Assembly (NCBI GenBank): GCA_963663385.2
Contig: CAXXXD010000001.1
Span: 128,001 to 192,000, forward strand
Source of the DNA: Oceanispirochaeta sp.
Lineage (GTDB): Bacteria > Spirochaetota > Spirochaetia > DSM-2461
Direction: 5' to 3'
DNA length: 64,000 nucleotides
Both the position numbers and the translations under genes were made by a program. The notes under the pieces are model-generated. The model did not search any database and was not told where the DNA came from. It worked only from the letters and a program-made list of their open reading frames with translations. Shown here piece after piece: positions 38,000-49,382 of the stretch (its first letter is position 1; each line of letters opens with the position of its first letter).

Positions 38000-39286
38000 A
38001 TGGGAAAGACAATAGCTGAAAAGATTTTTGATGCCCATAGGGTGGACAGCCCCGAAGAGGGCGTACACGTACTGAAACTGGACAGGGTTTTCTGTCATGA
38101 AATTACAACCCCCATTGCCATCAACGATCTGGTAAGCAGAGGAATGGACAGGGTTTTCGATCCGGATAAAATCAAGGCCGTTATCGACCATGTAACCCCC
38201 GCCAAAGACTCCAAGACTGCGGAACAGGGGAAAATCATGAGAGAGTGGGCGGCCAGACAGGGGATCAGGGATTTTTTTGACATTGGTCGTAACGGTGTCT
38301 GCCATGCCATATTCCCGGAGAAAGGATTTGTTCACCCCGGTTTTACCGTCATTATGGGAGACTCCCACACCTGTACCCACGGGGCATTCGGCGCCTTTGC
38401 CGCTGGTGTTGGAACCACAGACCTTGAAGTAGGCATCCTCAAGGGAGTCTGCAGCTTCCTTACCCCCGAAACAATTAAAATCAATGTAAGCGGTAACTTG
38501 AAGGATGGAGTCTACGCCAAGGATGTTATCCTCTCCATCATTGCCAAGCTTGGTGTTAACGGCGCAACCAATAAGGTGATTGAATTTACCGGTCCTGTTA
38601 TTGATCAGTTTAATATGGACGAAAGAATGACAATCTGTAATATGGCCATTGAAGCGGGAGGAACCTGCGGGATCTGTTACCCCGATCAGACAACCGTCGA
38701 TTACCTGTGGGAGTTTATCAAAGACGATTACAGCTCCAGAGAAGAAGCTCTGAAAGAGTTTAAAAAATGGCAGTCCGATGGGGATGCGGAATACGCTCAG
38801 ATTGTTGAGCTTGACGTGAGCGAACTGGAACCTGTCGTAACTTTTGGTTACAAACCCGATCAGGTTAAAACAATTCGCGAGATGGAAGGAACTCCGGTTA
38901 ACCAGGTGTATATCGGCAGCTGTACCAACGGTCGCATCGAAGACCTCCGGGTAGCCGCAGAAGTCCTGAAAGGTAAAAAGGTATCCGATTCAGTCAGAGT
39001 CGTTCTCTCACCGGCGACACCTGATATCTACAAAGCAGCCCTGAAAGAGGGATTGATTGAAATTTTCATGGACGCCGGAGTCTGTTTGACCAACCCGACA
39101 TGCGGAGCCTGTCTGGGAATGAGTAACGGTGTACTGGCCGAAGGAGAAGCCTGTGCGTCCACTACCAACCGGAACTTTAACGGAAGAATGGGAAAAGGCG
39201 GAATGGTCCACCTTATGAGCCCGGCATCCGCCGCCGCAGCAGCTATTACCGGAACCATCACCAATTCATCACTGTACAAGGGGTAA
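38000..39286 (+). CDS. leuC: 3-isopropylmalate dehydratase large subunit (short LeuC/HacA type)
   Basis: DSHTCTHGAFG, IGSCTNGR, CGACLG and STTNRNFNGRMG. Confidence 0.9.
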   Translation: MGKTIAEKIFDAHRVDSPEEGVHVLKLDRVFCHEITTPIAINDLVSRGMDRVFDPDKIKAVIDHVTPAKDSKTAEQGKIMREWAARQGIRDFFDIGRNGVCHAIFPEKGFVHPGFTVIMGDSHTCTHGAFGAFAAGVGTTDLEVGILKGVCSFLTPETIKINVSGNLKDGVYAKDVILSIIAKLGVNGATNKVIEFTGPVIDQFNMDERMTICNMAIEAGGTCGICYPDQTTVDYLWEFIKDDYSSREEALKEFKKWQSDGDAEYAQIVELDVSELEPVVTFGYKPDQVKTIREMEGTPVNQVYIGSCTNGRIEDLRVAAEVLKGKKVSDSVRVVLSPATPDIYKAALKEGLIEIFMDAGVCLTNPTCGACLGMSNGVLAEGEACASTTNRNFNGRMGKGGMVHLMSPASAAAAAITGTITNSSLYKG

Positions 39287-39289
39287 AAC

Positions 39290-39826
39290 ATGAGTCAGAA
39301 AAAATCATTCAACGGAAAAGTCCTCTTTCTGGACCGATCCGACATTAATACGGACGAGATTATTCCGGCAAAATATCTGACGGAAATAACAAAAGAGGCT
39401 TTGAAACCCTATCTGCTGGAAGACCTGAAAATGGACGGATTCAATCCGGCTTCCGATCTGGAAGGCGTTAAGGTTATTATAACCAGGAGCAACTTCGGCT
39501 GCGGATCCTCACGTGAGCATGCCCCGTGGGCACTGGAAGTCAATGACATCAATCTGGTAATAGCTGAAAACTTCGCCCGGATTTTCCGCCAGAATATGTA
39601 TAACTGCGGAATGATGGCTGTGGAACTGCCCGCCGAAGAGATCGATTCCCTCTTCAGGGATTTTGCAGGAGAAGAGGTCGAGCTGACAACAGACCTCGAA
39701 GCAGGGAGCTTTTCCCTGAGCAGTAAAAACGGCAAGTCCCGCACCCTGCCTTTCAAGATATCGGGATTCGACAGAACCCTGGTAGACCACGGCGGCTGGG
39801 TCGGTTACGCAGACAGCAAATACTGA
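39290..39826 (+). CDS. leuD: 3-isopropylmalate dehydratase small subunit
   Basis: DINTDEIIPAKYL, NFGCGSSREHA and FARIFRQN. Confidence 0.9.
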   Translation: MSQKKSFNGKVLFLDRSDINTDEIIPAKYLTEITKEALKPYLLEDLKMDGFNPASDLEGVKVIITRSNFGCGSSREHAPWALEVNDINLVIAENFARIFRQNMYNCGMMAVELPAEEIDSLFRDFAGEEVELTTDLEAGSFSLSSKNGKSRTLPFKISGFDRTLVDHGGWVGYADSKY

Positions 39827-39849
39827 TAAGGAACAGATGAAATAGATGG

Positions 39850-39879
39850 CAGTGCTTCTTTCGGGAGCACTGTTTTTTT
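39850..39879 (+). terminator. Rho-independent terminator after leuD
   Basis: CAGTGCTTC-tttcg-GGAGCACTG followed by T7. Confidence 0.8.
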
Positions 39880-40078
39880 AACACCGGTTCAGGCTTTCCC
39901 CTCCGGAAACAGGACAGACACTCTTCCAGCAAAATCAATTTATAACATTTTTGTATGAAATAATTCAAAAAAACTACTAATTGACCAGTTAATCAAAAAA
40001 AATGAAGAAAAAGCTTTCAGGATGTCTAACATCTCCCTTACAATGGTTCTTATATTCACTATTCAAAAGGAGGCGTCC

Positions 40079-41476
40079 ATGAGTGATGCTCAACAGCTCA
40101 AAGCGGATCTGATTTTTTCACTGGAAGATAAACCCAGCACCGGAAAAGCATTTTTCGCAGCCCTGCAGCACATGATGGCAATTTTTATCGGGATTGTCAC
40201 ACCTGCTATTGTTATCAGCGGAGTCCTGGGATTCAGCACGGAACTATCTGCCTATCTTGTCAGTATGTCCCTGTTTGTTTCCGGTATAGCCACATTTATT
40301 CAGTGCCGGAAGATCGGACCTGTCGGTTCGGGACTGCTCAGTATCCAGGGAACCAGTTTCACCTTTCTATCCGTCTGTATCGGTATCGGTTTTGCTGTAA
40401 AAGGAGCCGGAGGATCTGAAAAACAGATGCTGGCGGCCATCTTCGGAACCTGTCTGTTGGCTTCACCGGTAGAAATGATCTTCAGCCGTTTCATCCCTCT
40501 TCTGAAAAAGATCATTACACCCCTTGTCAGCGGAATTGTTGTTACCCTGATTGGTATGTCACTGATTAAAGTCGGTATTACAGATATCGGTGGCGGAGCG
40601 TGGCTGATGGATAACAAACCTGAGTTCTTTGCCAGCCCGACAAATCTGATGCTTGCCGGACTTGTACTGGTTGTAATCATTATTTTTAACAGAAGCCGCA
40701 ACAAATGGCTCCGAATGGGCGCTATTGTATTTGGTCTGGTTGCCGGTTATATCGTTGCAGCCTTAATGGGGCTGGTAAATTTCGGGAAAATTGCCACCCT
40801 GGAACCGATTGCCCTTCCTATCCCCTTTAAATATGGATTCAGCATCAGCTGGCCCCATCTGATCCCCATGGCACTGCTGTTCCTGATAACTACAGTAGAA
40901 TCCATTGGAGACCTGACAGCCACCTCCATGATTTCCGGAGAACCTGTGGAAGGCGATATATATGTGGAAAGGATATCCGGCGGTGTACTGGGAGACGGTA
41001 TCAACTCTGCCCTGGCAGCCATATTCAACTCCTTCCCCAACACAACATTCAGTCAGAACAACGGTGTCATTCAAATGACCGGTGTTGCCAGCCGTTATGT
41101 TGGATTCTGGATTTCCGGACTTCTGGTCCTCTTCGGACTCTTCCCCGTCATCGGCGGTCTTTTCTCCATCATCCCCAATTCTGTTTTGGGAGGCGCGACC
41201 CTGATTATGTTCGGTACAGTAGCCGCTTCAGGAATACGAATCATTTCCTCCAGCATCATTGACCGCAGGGGAGTCATCATAATGGCGCTCTCTTTCGGGA
41301 TGGGTCTTGGAGTTGTCTTTGTTCCGGAAATCCTGAATCACTTTACCCCCTTCCTTAAGGGTGTATTCGGTTCTGCCATCACAACCGGCGGACTGACAGC
41401 AATCTTCCTGAATATTGCTCTTCCAAAAACCTTCAAGGAACAGAAAGTGGAAGAACCCATGAAGGACATGGTTTAA
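40079..41476 (+). CDS. Nucleobase:cation symporter-2 (xanthine permease, XanQ/XanP-like)
   Basis: ALQH, IQGTSF, ESIGD and the NAT signature FSQNNGVIQMTG. Start ATG 40079 with AAGGAGG RBS. Confidence 0.93.
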   Translation: MSDAQQLKADLIFSLEDKPSTGKAFFAALQHMMAIFIGIVTPAIVISGVLGFSTELSAYLVSMSLFVSGIATFIQCRKIGPVGSGLLSIQGTSFTFLSVCIGIGFAVKGAGGSEKQMLAAIFGTCLLASPVEMIFSRFIPLLKKIITPLVSGIVVTLIGMSLIKVGITDIGGGAWLMDNKPEFFASPTNLMLAGLVLVVIIIFNRSRNKWLRMGAIVFGLVAGYIVAALMGLVNFGKIATLEPIALPIPFKYGFSISWPHLIPMALLFLITTVESIGDLTATSMISGEPVEGDIYVERISGGVLGDGINSALAAIFNSFPNTTFSQNNGVIQMTGVASRYVGFWISGLLVLFGLFPVIGGLFSIIPNSVLGGATLIMFGTVAASGIRIISSSIIDRRGVIIMALSFGMGLGVVFVPEILNHFTPFLKGVFGSAITTGGLTAIFLNIALPKTFKEQKVEEPMKDMV

Positions 41477-41483
41477 TATTATA

Positions 41484-41578
41484 CTCCCTCTCCCGGCCTC
41501 CCTTAATCCCTCCAAAGGAGGGAAACCAGATTGACGTCTCCCCTTCGGGGAGATTGAAAGGGGCTGGAGAGGGGATTA
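41484..41578. repeat. Nested palindromic (REP-like) intergenic element between convergent genes
   Basis: Hairpins CCCTCC-aaa-GGAGGG and TCTCCCC-ttc-GGGGAGA enclosed by partly complementary C-rich and G-rich flanks. Confidence 0.55.
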
Positions 41579-41619
41579 AAAAGTGAGGGTTTAACCTGCC
41601 TACTCCCTCAGGGAGAAGC

Positions 41620-42108
41620 TTATTCCTGTATATACTGCCGGGAGACATCCACAAGGGCATTACCGGACAGAAGGTTCCTCCCAATAAGAACGGGATAGGT
41701 CATGCTCCGTCTGTCCGCCAGAGAGAATTCCCCTTTCAGTTCCAGCTCACCCAGCACTGTGTCCAGAAGGACGATGTAACGGTTCTGTATTTCTGATCTG
41801 TTTCCCTGCCGTACAGCGACAACACGCTCTACCGGGAGCTCCAGAATGATATCCTCTGTATCCAGAGCGTTAGCCATATTAAAACAGACCCAGAGGCTCC
41901 CGTCTTTTTCAACTTCTGTGATATCGTAGGCATTCAAAGATGACAGGGCAGCCCCTGTATCCATCCGTGCCCTCATCCAGCGGCCGGGAGGATCAATAAA
42001 AACCATTTCCACTTCGCCAAGGATAACTGAAATGCCCCCATCCTCATCAGTTTCAGAGAAGAGAGGCAGGCTGAAAAACAGCAATATACAGAACCACACA
42101 GTTTTCAT
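41620..42108 (-). CDS. Exported retropepsin-like protease (RimK/LysX-associated 'ATP-dependent Zn protease' family)
   Basis: Signal peptide MKTVWFCILLFFSLPLFS; ARMDTGA, FSLADR..MTYPVLIGRN. Confidence 0.82.
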   Translation of the reverse strand: MKTVWFCILLFFSLPLFSETDEDGGISVILGEVEMVFIDPPGRWMRARMDTGAALSSLNAYDITEVEKDGSLWVCFNMANALDTEDIILELPVERVVAVRQGNRSEIQNRYIVLLDTVLGELELKGEFSLADRRSMTYPVLIGRNLLSGNALVDVSRQYIQE

Positions 42109-42127
42109 ATACATATTATACACCCTG

Positions 42128-43870
42128 TCAGAATTCCGTAAACTCCTCATCATCCTCATCAGAGTGATAGGAAGGTTCAAGAACATCCCCTGACGTAAGA
42201 GCAGGTCCGGATCCCTTACGGCCGGTTCCGACAGGAGGTGTTTTCACCCGGACCGGAGATGGCCTGGAATGATCTTCCAGAGTTCTGACAGGCTTTACGA
42301 CTTTTTTCTGAGGTGCCGGTCTTTCCCCGATATGAAAGAAGCTCACAAGGTCGTCCAGCTCATCCGATTTATTCTTAAGCTCTTCGGACATGGCCGCTAT
42401 CTGTTCGCTGGAAGAAGCGTTTGCCTGGATAACCTGATCCATCTGCAGGAGAGCCATATTGATCTGCTCGGCCCCCTTTGCCTGTTCATTGCTGCCTTCC
42501 ATAATCTCTTCCGCGATTTCAGCCGATTTCTGAATGGCCGGAACCATATTTCGCATCAGCTCCCGGGTTTCGTCTGCTTTCCTGACGCTCTTGCCGGATA
42601 TCTGCGTAATATCGTTGGCGGCAATCTGACTGTTTTCCGCCAGCTTCCTTACTTCGGAGGCAACAACGGCAAACCCCTTGCCGGCGTCCCCGGCCCGGGC
42701 CGCTTCAATAGCCGCATTCAGGGCAAGCAGGTTTGTATTCCGGGCGATTTCCTCAATAATGCCGATCTTCTCGGAGATGGTTTTCATGGAATCAACTGTC
42801 TCTTCCACGGCCTGACCGCCCACGCCGGCATCCCTGGCCGCCTGGCTGACTATCGTATTGGACTGACGGGAGTTATCCGTATTCATCTGGATATTGGAGG
42901 AAAGCTCCTCCATGGAGGCGGATATTTCCTCCGCACTGGAGGCCTGTTCGCTGGCGCCTGAAGCTACCTGCTGGGATGCGCTGGCCACTTCATTGGCATT
43001 CTGTTTTATCAGCTGCGCCGCCTCAACGATTCCCTTGACGATGAATTTCAGCCGTTCTATCATATCGGAGAACGCCTCGGCCAGATCTCCCGTTTCATCA
43101 TGGGATAAAACCTGCAGTTCTACCGTAAGGTCGCCCTCTGCAATTTTCCGGGCTTCCCCGGCCAGATATTCCACAGGACGGGAAATCCTCTTACCCATAA
43201 ACCAGGAGAGGATCAGGGAAAGGAGGACCACAAAGATATCCAGACCGACTATAAACAGGACAGTATTGAAGATACGTTTATCCAGGATTATCTGCTCCCT
43301 GTTAATCAAAGCATCGATATCATCGATGTAATTCCCGGTCCCGACAATCCAGTCCCAGGAAGCGAAATACTGATTGTAGGATCGTTTGGGGGAGGCCTCC
43401 GTTTCTCCCGGCTTGGGATAATAGTAAGTTGTAAAACCAGTACCATCTTTAGCAGCCTTTACTAAATCCCTGATTATATAAGTTCCATAAGCATCCTGCA
43501 GATCCCAGCGGTTGGTTCCTTCCAAGTCATTACCCATCATTGCAATTGTTTCACCGTTAGAATCGTAAACAAAAATATAGCCGCTCTCCCCGTAACGCAT
43601 AGCCCGGATATATTCCCGAGCCTCTTCTTTAGCCGCCGCTTCTCCAATTACATCCTTTCTTACATAGGCATTCTCAATAATAGTAAGAGCCGACTCAACC
43701 TGACTTTTTGCCAGACGGTCAAAATCTTCCCGGAGTTTGGTATCCAGAGTATTGATATTTTCATCCCCAAGCTGTTTCAATGCCAGAACAGAAAAAATAC
43801 CCATGGCAGCTCCTAAAGTGATCAGACAGACAAGGATCATGCTCATAATCTTCAGATGGATCTTCTTCAT
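42128..43870 (-). CDS. Methyl-accepting chemotaxis protein (sCache_2-HAMP-MA) with C-terminal pentapeptide EFTEF
   Basis: [62 protein letters not shown]. Confidence 0.95.
   Translation of the reverse strand: MKKIHLKIMSMILVCLITLGAAMGIFSVLALKQLGDENINTLDTKLREDFDRLAKSQVESALTIIENAYVRKDVIGEAAAKEEAREYIRAMRYGESGYIFVYDSNGETIAMMGNDLEGTNRWDLQDAYGTYIIRDLVKAAKDGTGFTTYYYPKPGETEASPKRSYNQYFASWDWIVGTGNYIDDIDALINREQIILDKRIFNTVLFIVGLDIFVVLLSLILSWFMGKRISRPVEYLAGEARKIAEGDLTVELQVLSHDETGDLAEAFSDMIERLKFIVKGIVEAAQLIKQNANEVASASQQVASGASEQASSAEEISASMEELSSNIQMNTDNSRQSNTIVSQAARDAGVGGQAVEETVDSMKTISEKIGIIEEIARNTNLLALNAAIEAARAGDAGKGFAVVASEVRKLAENSQIAANDITQISGKSVRKADETRELMRNMVPAIQKSAEIAEEIMEGSNEQAKGAEQINMALLQMDQVIQANASSSEQIAAMSEELKNKSDELDDLVSFFHIGERPAPQKKVVKPVRTLEDHSRPSPVRVKTPPVGTGRKGSGPALTSGDVLEPSYHSDEDDEEFTEF
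42321..43276. repeat. About 956-bp near-identical repeat, copy 1 (MCP TM2-HAMP-signalling domain)
   Basis: Matches 44131-45086 (offset 1810) with about 3 mismatches by eye. Confidence 0.93.
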
Positions 43871-44048
43871 ACATCCCTCCATTATTAATTATTGTTCTTC
43901 AAAGAAAACAAAAAGCTCATATTGCCGAAGAACTTTCTACAACTTAACTAATAATTAGATTGTATTTACTTTTAGATCCAAATATCTAATTGTTTTGCAC
44001 GAACACATTAAAATCCTATAATTGAAACAAATAAGCATCACAAATTCA

Positions 44049-45680
44049 TCAGAATTCCGAAAAATCCTCATCATCAGAATGATCTTCCAAGGTTTTCACA
44101 GGCTTTACAGTTCTTTTCTGCAGCGCCGGACTTTCCCCGATATGAAAGAAGCTCACAAGGTCGTCCAGCTCATCCGATTTATTCTTAAGCTCTTCGGACA
44201 TGGCCGCTATCTGTTCGCTGGAAGAAGCGTTTGCCTGGATAACCTGATCCATCTGCAGGAGAGCCATATTGATCTGCTCGGCCCCCTTTGCCTGTTCATT
44301 GCTGCCTTCCATAATCTCTTCCGCGATTTCAGCCGATTTCTGAATGGCCGGAACCATATTTCGCATCAGCTCCCGGGTTTCGTCTGCTTTCCTGACGCTC
44401 TTGCCGGATATCTGCGTAATATCGTTGGCGGCAATCTGACTGTTTTCCGCCAGCTTCCTTACTTCGGAGGCAACAACGGCAAACCCCTTGCCGGCGTCCC
44501 CGGCCCGGGCCGCTTCAATAGCCGCATTCAGGGCAAGCAGGTTTGTATTCCGGGCGATTTCCTCAATAATGCCGATCTTCTCGGAGATGGTTTTCATGGA
44601 ATCAACTGTCTCTTCCACGGCCTGACCGCCCACGCCGGCATCCCTGGCCGCCTGGCTGACTATCGTATTGGACTGACGGGAGTTATCCGTATTCATCTGG
44701 ATATTGGCGGAAAGCTCCTCCATGGAGGCGGATATTTCCTCCGCACTGGAGGCCTGTTCGCTGGCGCCTGAAGCTACCTGCTGGGATGCGCTGGCCACTT
44801 CATTGGCATTCTGTTTTATCAGCTGCGCCGCCTCAACGATTCCCTTGACGATGAATTTCAGCCGTTCTATCATATCGGAGAACGCCTCGGCCAGATCTCC
44901 CGTTTCATCATGGGATAAAACCTGCAGTTCTACCGTAAGGTCGCCCTCTGCGATTTTCCGGGCCTCCCCGGCCAGATATTCCACAGGACGGGAAATCCTC
45001 TTACCCATAAACCAGGAGAGGATCAGGGAAAGGAGGACCACAAAGATATCCAGACCGACTATAAACAGGACAGTATTGAAGATACGGTTATTCAGGATTA
45101 TCTGCTCCCGGTTAATCAGAGCATCAATATCATCAATGTAATTCCCGGTCCCGACGATCCAGTCCCAGGGGGCAAAGTACCCATTATAGGCTCTTTTGGG
45201 AGAGGCGTCCTCTTCTCCCGGTTTGGGATAGTAGTAAGTGGTAAATCCTGTACCATCCTTTGCGGCTTTGATCAGATCCTGTATCAGATAGGTCCCATAG
45301 GTATCCTGCAGATCCCAGCGGTTGGTCCCTTCCGCCTCGCCGCCCAGCAAAACTAGAGTATCACCTTCAGAATCATAAACAAAAATATACCCGCTGTCCC
45401 CGTAGCGTATGGCACGTATATAATCCATGGCTTCTTCCATGGCTGCCGTTTCGCCAATTCCATCACTTCTGGCGTAAGCCATTTCTATTACGGTAAGAGC
45501 CGCCTCAACCTGACTCTGGGCCAAACGGTCAAAGTCCTCCCGGAGTTTGGTATCCAGGGTTTTGATATTCTCATCCCCAAGCTGCCCCAGTGCCAGGACA
45601 GAAAAAATCCCCATAATAACTCCTAACGAAATCAGACAGAGAAGTACCAGACCCATAATTCTCAAATGTATTTTTTTCAT
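44049..45680 (-). CDS. Methyl-accepting chemotaxis protein, tandem paralogue, C-terminal pentapeptide DFSEF
   Basis: Same architecture as 42128-43870; the cytoplasmic domain is nearly identical. Confidence 0.95.
   Translation of the reverse strand: MKKIHLRIMGLVLLCLISLGVIMGIFSVLALGQLGDENIKTLDTKLREDFDRLAQSQVEAALTVIEMAYARSDGIGETAAMEEAMDYIRAIRYGDSGYIFVYDSEGDTLVLLGGEAEGTNRWDLQDTYGTYLIQDLIKAAKDGTGFTTYYYPKPGEEDASPKRAYNGYFAPWDWIVGTGNYIDDIDALINREQIILNNRIFNTVLFIVGLDIFVVLLSLILSWFMGKRISRPVEYLAGEARKIAEGDLTVELQVLSHDETGDLAEAFSDMIERLKFIVKGIVEAAQLIKQNANEVASASQQVASGASEQASSAEEISASMEELSANIQMNTDNSRQSNTIVSQAARDAGVGGQAVEETVDSMKTISEKIGIIEEIARNTNLLALNAAIEAARAGDAGKGFAVVASEVRKLAENSQIAANDITQISGKSVRKADETRELMRNMVPAIQKSAEIAEEIMEGSNEQAKGAEQINMALLQMDQVIQANASSSEQIAAMSEELKNKSDELDDLVSFFHIGESPALQKRTVKPVKTLEDHSDDEDFSEF
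44131..45086. repeat. About 956-bp near-identical repeat, copy 2
   Basis: Matches 42321-43276. Confidence 0.93.
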
Positions 45681-45994
45681 AGATCCTCCAGTTTTTTATC
45701 CGTCACGAGTTTAGAAGTAATAAATTCTCGGCTATCCTGTAAATAAAAGCAAGTTACAGTAATTCAGAGCTATATATAATCCGCTTTTAATTCCGGGATG
45801 CCCTGGAGTAAGACCGACAGAATTATTTCACTTGATTAGATAGGCTCTTATCTTAATAGTGATACCAGACCCCACCCGAAGCCTGCACTGACGAAAAAGG
45901 TCACTATATAGGGCTCCATATCGGCATCCTTCATGAGATAAAGTCTCTTACAGGTTATGATTTTACTTTCAGAAATTTTGAAATATATAAGGAA

Positions 45995-46330
45995 ATGCTC
46001 CATTCCCCCGGCTATGGAGTGGTAGCGGTTCAAACCGGAGAGGATGCCATTCGCAGGTACAGAGAATAATTGGATACAGGAACTCTGTTTGACCTGCTGA
46101 TTACGGATTTAACCATCCCGGGCGAAACGGGAGGAGCCGATGTGGCGAAAAAAATCCTGACGATCCATCCTGCTGCCAGGATTATCATCTCCAGCGGCTA
46201 TTCCTCCGATACCACAATGGCGGATTTCAGGGGGCATGGATTCAAAGGGATCATCGCCAAACCGTTCAATCTGAAAGATCTGGCTCATACCGTACAGGAA
46301 GCTCTGAAACATTCTGAAAATGCGGATTGA
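45995..46330 (+). pseudogene. Receiver (REC) domain remnant with an in-frame stop
   Basis: MLHSPGYGVVAVQTGEDAIRRYRE*LDTGTLFDLLITDLTIPG..SSGYS..IAKPF. TAA at 46067-46069; the first strand with the acidic pair is missing. Confidence 0.75.
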
Positions 46331-46362
46331 CAGCCTGGCCCCTGTCAAGGAAAATAGCAGAT

Positions 46363-46893
46363 ATGAAATATACCATTGAGAAATTAATTAACGAAGAACA
46401 ACTGGCTGAAAAAGTTGAAGAACTGGGAAAGACCATCGAGAAAGAGTATGCTCCGGAAGATGAAATTCTTCTGGTAGGCCTTTTGAGGGGGTCCACAGTG
46501 TTCCTCTCCGACCTGGCCCGCCATATAGATCTGGACGCCCGGTTTGATTTTATGGTTGTATCCAGCTATGGAAACTCAATGGACTCGACACGTGATGTTA
46601 AAATCAAAAAAGATCTGGAAGAAGAAATTCACGGACGCCATGTCATTATTGTGGAAGATATTATTGATACAGGGTATACCCTGCAGAAGGTAAAGGAAAT
46701 TCTGGAGCTCCGCAATCCGGCGTCCCTTAAAATATGCACCCTCCTGGACAAGCCGGACCGGCGGGAAGTGGAAGTTCATGTGGATTTTGTGGGATTTACC
46801 ATTCCCGATGTATTTGTTATCGGATACGGGATAGACTATGCCCAGAAACACCGGAACCTGCCCTATGTGGGAAAGGTTACCATAGAGGAATAA
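46363..46893 (+). CDS. hpt: Hypoxanthine phosphoribosyltransferase
   Basis: [29 protein letters not shown] and [15 protein letters not shown]. Confidence 0.95.
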   Translation: MKYTIEKLINEEQLAEKVEELGKTIEKEYAPEDEILLVGLLRGSTVFLSDLARHIDLDARFDFMVVSSYGNSMDSTRDVKIKKDLEEEIHGRHVIIVEDIIDTGYTLQKVKEILELRNPASLKICTLLDKPDRREVEVHVDFVGFTIPDVFVIGYGIDYAQKHRNLPYVGKVTIEE

Positions 46894-46988
46894 GCTCTTC
46901 CTGTAACCGCCGTTTTTGAAATACCTTCCCATTTCCCTTATAATTCAATAGGAGGGAGGGGATATATATCCTCATAGGGAGGTGCAAA

Positions 46989-48551
46989 ATGGCAAAGATA
47001 AAAAATAAGATCGCACTCCTCGTTTCCGTATTCCTTATATTCCTTACATTAGTGATCACTGCCCTTTCCATTATGTCCATCAGTCGGATAGGGAATCAGA
47101 ATCTGACACAACTGGACACGGAGCTGCGAAAAGACTTTGATCGAATGGCCCGTTATCAGGTGGAACAGGCCGTTTCCATGCTGGAAGTGTTTTATAATCA
47201 GGCGGAAGGTGCTGATATAACTGCAGTCAAAGAGGAGGCCGCGAAATTTCTGCGGGAACTCAGGTACGGAGAGGATGGTTATTTCTGGGCGGATACCCTG
47301 GATGGAACAACCGTTGTATTCATGGGGAATGAACAGGAAGGACAAAACCGCTGGAATGCGGAAGACGCCCTCGGCAACAGGTATATCCAGGATTTCAATA
47401 AACTGGGTGCCAGGGGAGGATTCACAAATTACTGGTTTCCCCGGCCTGGAGAACAGGAGGCCTCTCCCAAAAGGTCCTATACGATTTTATACGAACCATT
47501 CGGCTGGGTTCTTGGTACAGGTAACTACACAGATGATATAGATAAAATGATACAGACAGAAAGCCTCGCCATCAGGAAAGGAATTCAGAACAGTATCATT
47601 ATCATGTTAACAGTGAGTACGACTGTTCTGATATTAGCCATTCTGATTGCCCTTTATATGGGACAGAAAATTGCGGTCCCCATAACCCGGATTACCAGGG
47701 ATGCCAAGAAGGTTGCCGAGGGGGATCTCGACATCAAACTGGTCAGGCAGACAGGCGACGAAACCGGCCTGCTGGCGGAATCCTTCAATCAAATGATTGA
47801 ACAGCTTCAGGAGGTTGTCCTGTCGGTTCAGCACTCTGCCGATCTGATTTCCAACAATTCCGGGGAAATTACAAAATCCTCCCAGGCCGTTGCGACAGGC
47901 GCCAATGCTCAGGCTTCGGGAGCCGAAGAGATATCTGCCTCGATGCAGCAGCTTGTATCCAATATACAGATGAACGCCGAGAATGCCCGGAAATCCAACA
48001 CTATGACAAAAGATGCGGCAGATAATGCGGTTATCGGAGGAAAATCGGTACAGGAAACCGTAACGGCCATGCAGTCGATAACAGAAAAAATATACATAAT
48101 CGAGGAGATTGCCCGGAACACAAATCTTCTGGCTCTGAATGCGGCGATAGAAGCGGCGCGGGCCGGAGAGACAGGGAAAGGGTTTGCTGTAGTTGCTTCG
48201 GAAGTAAGGAAACTGGCGGAAAGAAGCCAGGAAGCGGCCAGAGAGATAACGGAGATAGCCCGGAGCAGCCTTTCTACCGCCGAGGAATCCGGAGAATTGA
48301 TCAATACGATGGTACCGAAAATCCAGGGCAGCTCCGATATGATTGAAGAGATTTATTCTTCAAGCGAAGAGCAGTATAAAGGAGCGGAACAGGTAAATGC
48401 AGCCCTCCTGCAAATGGACTCCGTAATTCAGACCAACGCCTCTTCCAGCGATAAAATTGCAGAGATGTCCCGGGAGCTGCTTGAACAGTCCAAAGCCCTC
48501 TATGATGCCATCAACTACTTCCATATGGGAGAGACCGAGGAATCCGAATAA
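46989..48551 (+). CDS. Methyl-accepting chemotaxis protein (sCache_2-HAMP-MA), no pentapeptide
   Basis: [50 protein letters not shown]. Confidence 0.95.
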   Translation: MAKIKNKIALLVSVFLIFLTLVITALSIMSISRIGNQNLTQLDTELRKDFDRMARYQVEQAVSMLEVFYNQAEGADITAVKEEAAKFLRELRYGEDGYFWADTLDGTTVVFMGNEQEGQNRWNAEDALGNRYIQDFNKLGARGGFTNYWFPRPGEQEASPKRSYTILYEPFGWVLGTGNYTDDIDKMIQTESLAIRKGIQNSIIIMLTVSTTVLILAILIALYMGQKIAVPITRITRDAKKVAEGDLDIKLVRQTGDETGLLAESFNQMIEQLQEVVLSVQHSADLISNNSGEITKSSQAVATGANAQASGAEEISASMQQLVSNIQMNAENARKSNTMTKDAADNAVIGGKSVQETVTAMQSITEKIYIIEEIARNTNLLALNAAIEAARAGETGKGFAVVASEVRKLAERSQEAAREITEIARSSLSTAEESGELINTMVPKIQGSSDMIEEIYSSSEEQYKGAEQVNAALLQMDSVIQTNASSSDKIAEMSRELLEQSKALYDAINYFHMGETEESE

Positions 48552-48756
48552 TCTCTTATACTCTTATATAAGAATCCCCGTCCCGGGGGAAGGAGTATTC
48601 CTGTTAGGCAGGGTCGTCGCTTTCAGCAATATTATAATTTAATTATAACAAAGCAGGCTCCGGGAGATATTCCCCTTTTTCCGAATAAAAAAGTAACAGA
48701 ATTCTTCCCCTCTTTTGTTCAAATAGTATAAATCGAGAACACATGAGGTGAAGCAA

Positions 48757-49371
48757 ATGGGAAAAAAACACCTGGTCCTGACCCTTTTAACTACAGCTCT
48801 GGCATTTAATCTGTCCGCCCATGTGGAAACACGTCTGGCGGGAGAACAGACATGGGAGTGGAATTCCGGAAAATCACATATCAGGGATATCGAAGAAGAG
48901 GATCTGAGCCTGGGAGGCATACAGTTAGAAATTTTAGGGCAGAATCTCGGCTATGGATTCGATGCGCTTGTGGATTTCCGGCAGGATCCGCTGGAACGAT
49001 GGTATTTTGACTGGCAGGGGCAGCTGTTTTTACGGTATCATCTATTCGGGACAGACGGGTTTCTGGACCCCTTTTTTGAAGCCGGTTACGGAAATGCCGG
49101 ATCAGTTCTTCTGGAAGAGGAAGAGGATAAAGAGTTGAAGCTTTCCCTCTACCCATCCTTCAGCGCCGGATTGAATCTGTTATTTCATGAAGGGTTGTTC
49201 GTCGGGAGCCGGTTGAGCTACCGCCCTATCAATAAAGGGATACCCGCAGCCGATATAGAAACTGTTGCCCTGCAAAGATACCAGGCCTCCCTCTATTTGG
49301 GGATATCCCTGGGAGATTGTCATAATAAGAGAAGAGATGATTATTTTGACCGGTACTTTGAGCGGTATTAG
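48757..49371 (+). CDS. Hypothetical exported protein, possibly a small outer-membrane beta-barrel
   Basis: Signal peptide (LVLTLLTTALAFNLSA); alternating aromatic/Gly strands (DPFFEAGYG, SFSAGLNL, ASLYLGISL). Confidence 0.6.
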   Translation: MGKKHLVLTLLTTALAFNLSAHVETRLAGEQTWEWNSGKSHIRDIEEEDLSLGGIQLEILGQNLGYGFDALVDFRQDPLERWYFDWQGQLFLRYHLFGTDGFLDPFFEAGYGNAGSVLLEEEEDKELKLSLYPSFSAGLNLLFHEGLFVGSRLSYRPINKGIPAADIETVALQRYQASLYLGISLGDCHNKRRDDYFDRYFERY

Positions 49372-49382
49372 GAGGCGGAAAA

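Noticed and set aside
39880..40078. Possible purine riboswitch before the xanthine permease
   Set aside because: The conserved TATAAT..GATATGG..GTTTCTACC core is not present; the region is simply AT-rich.
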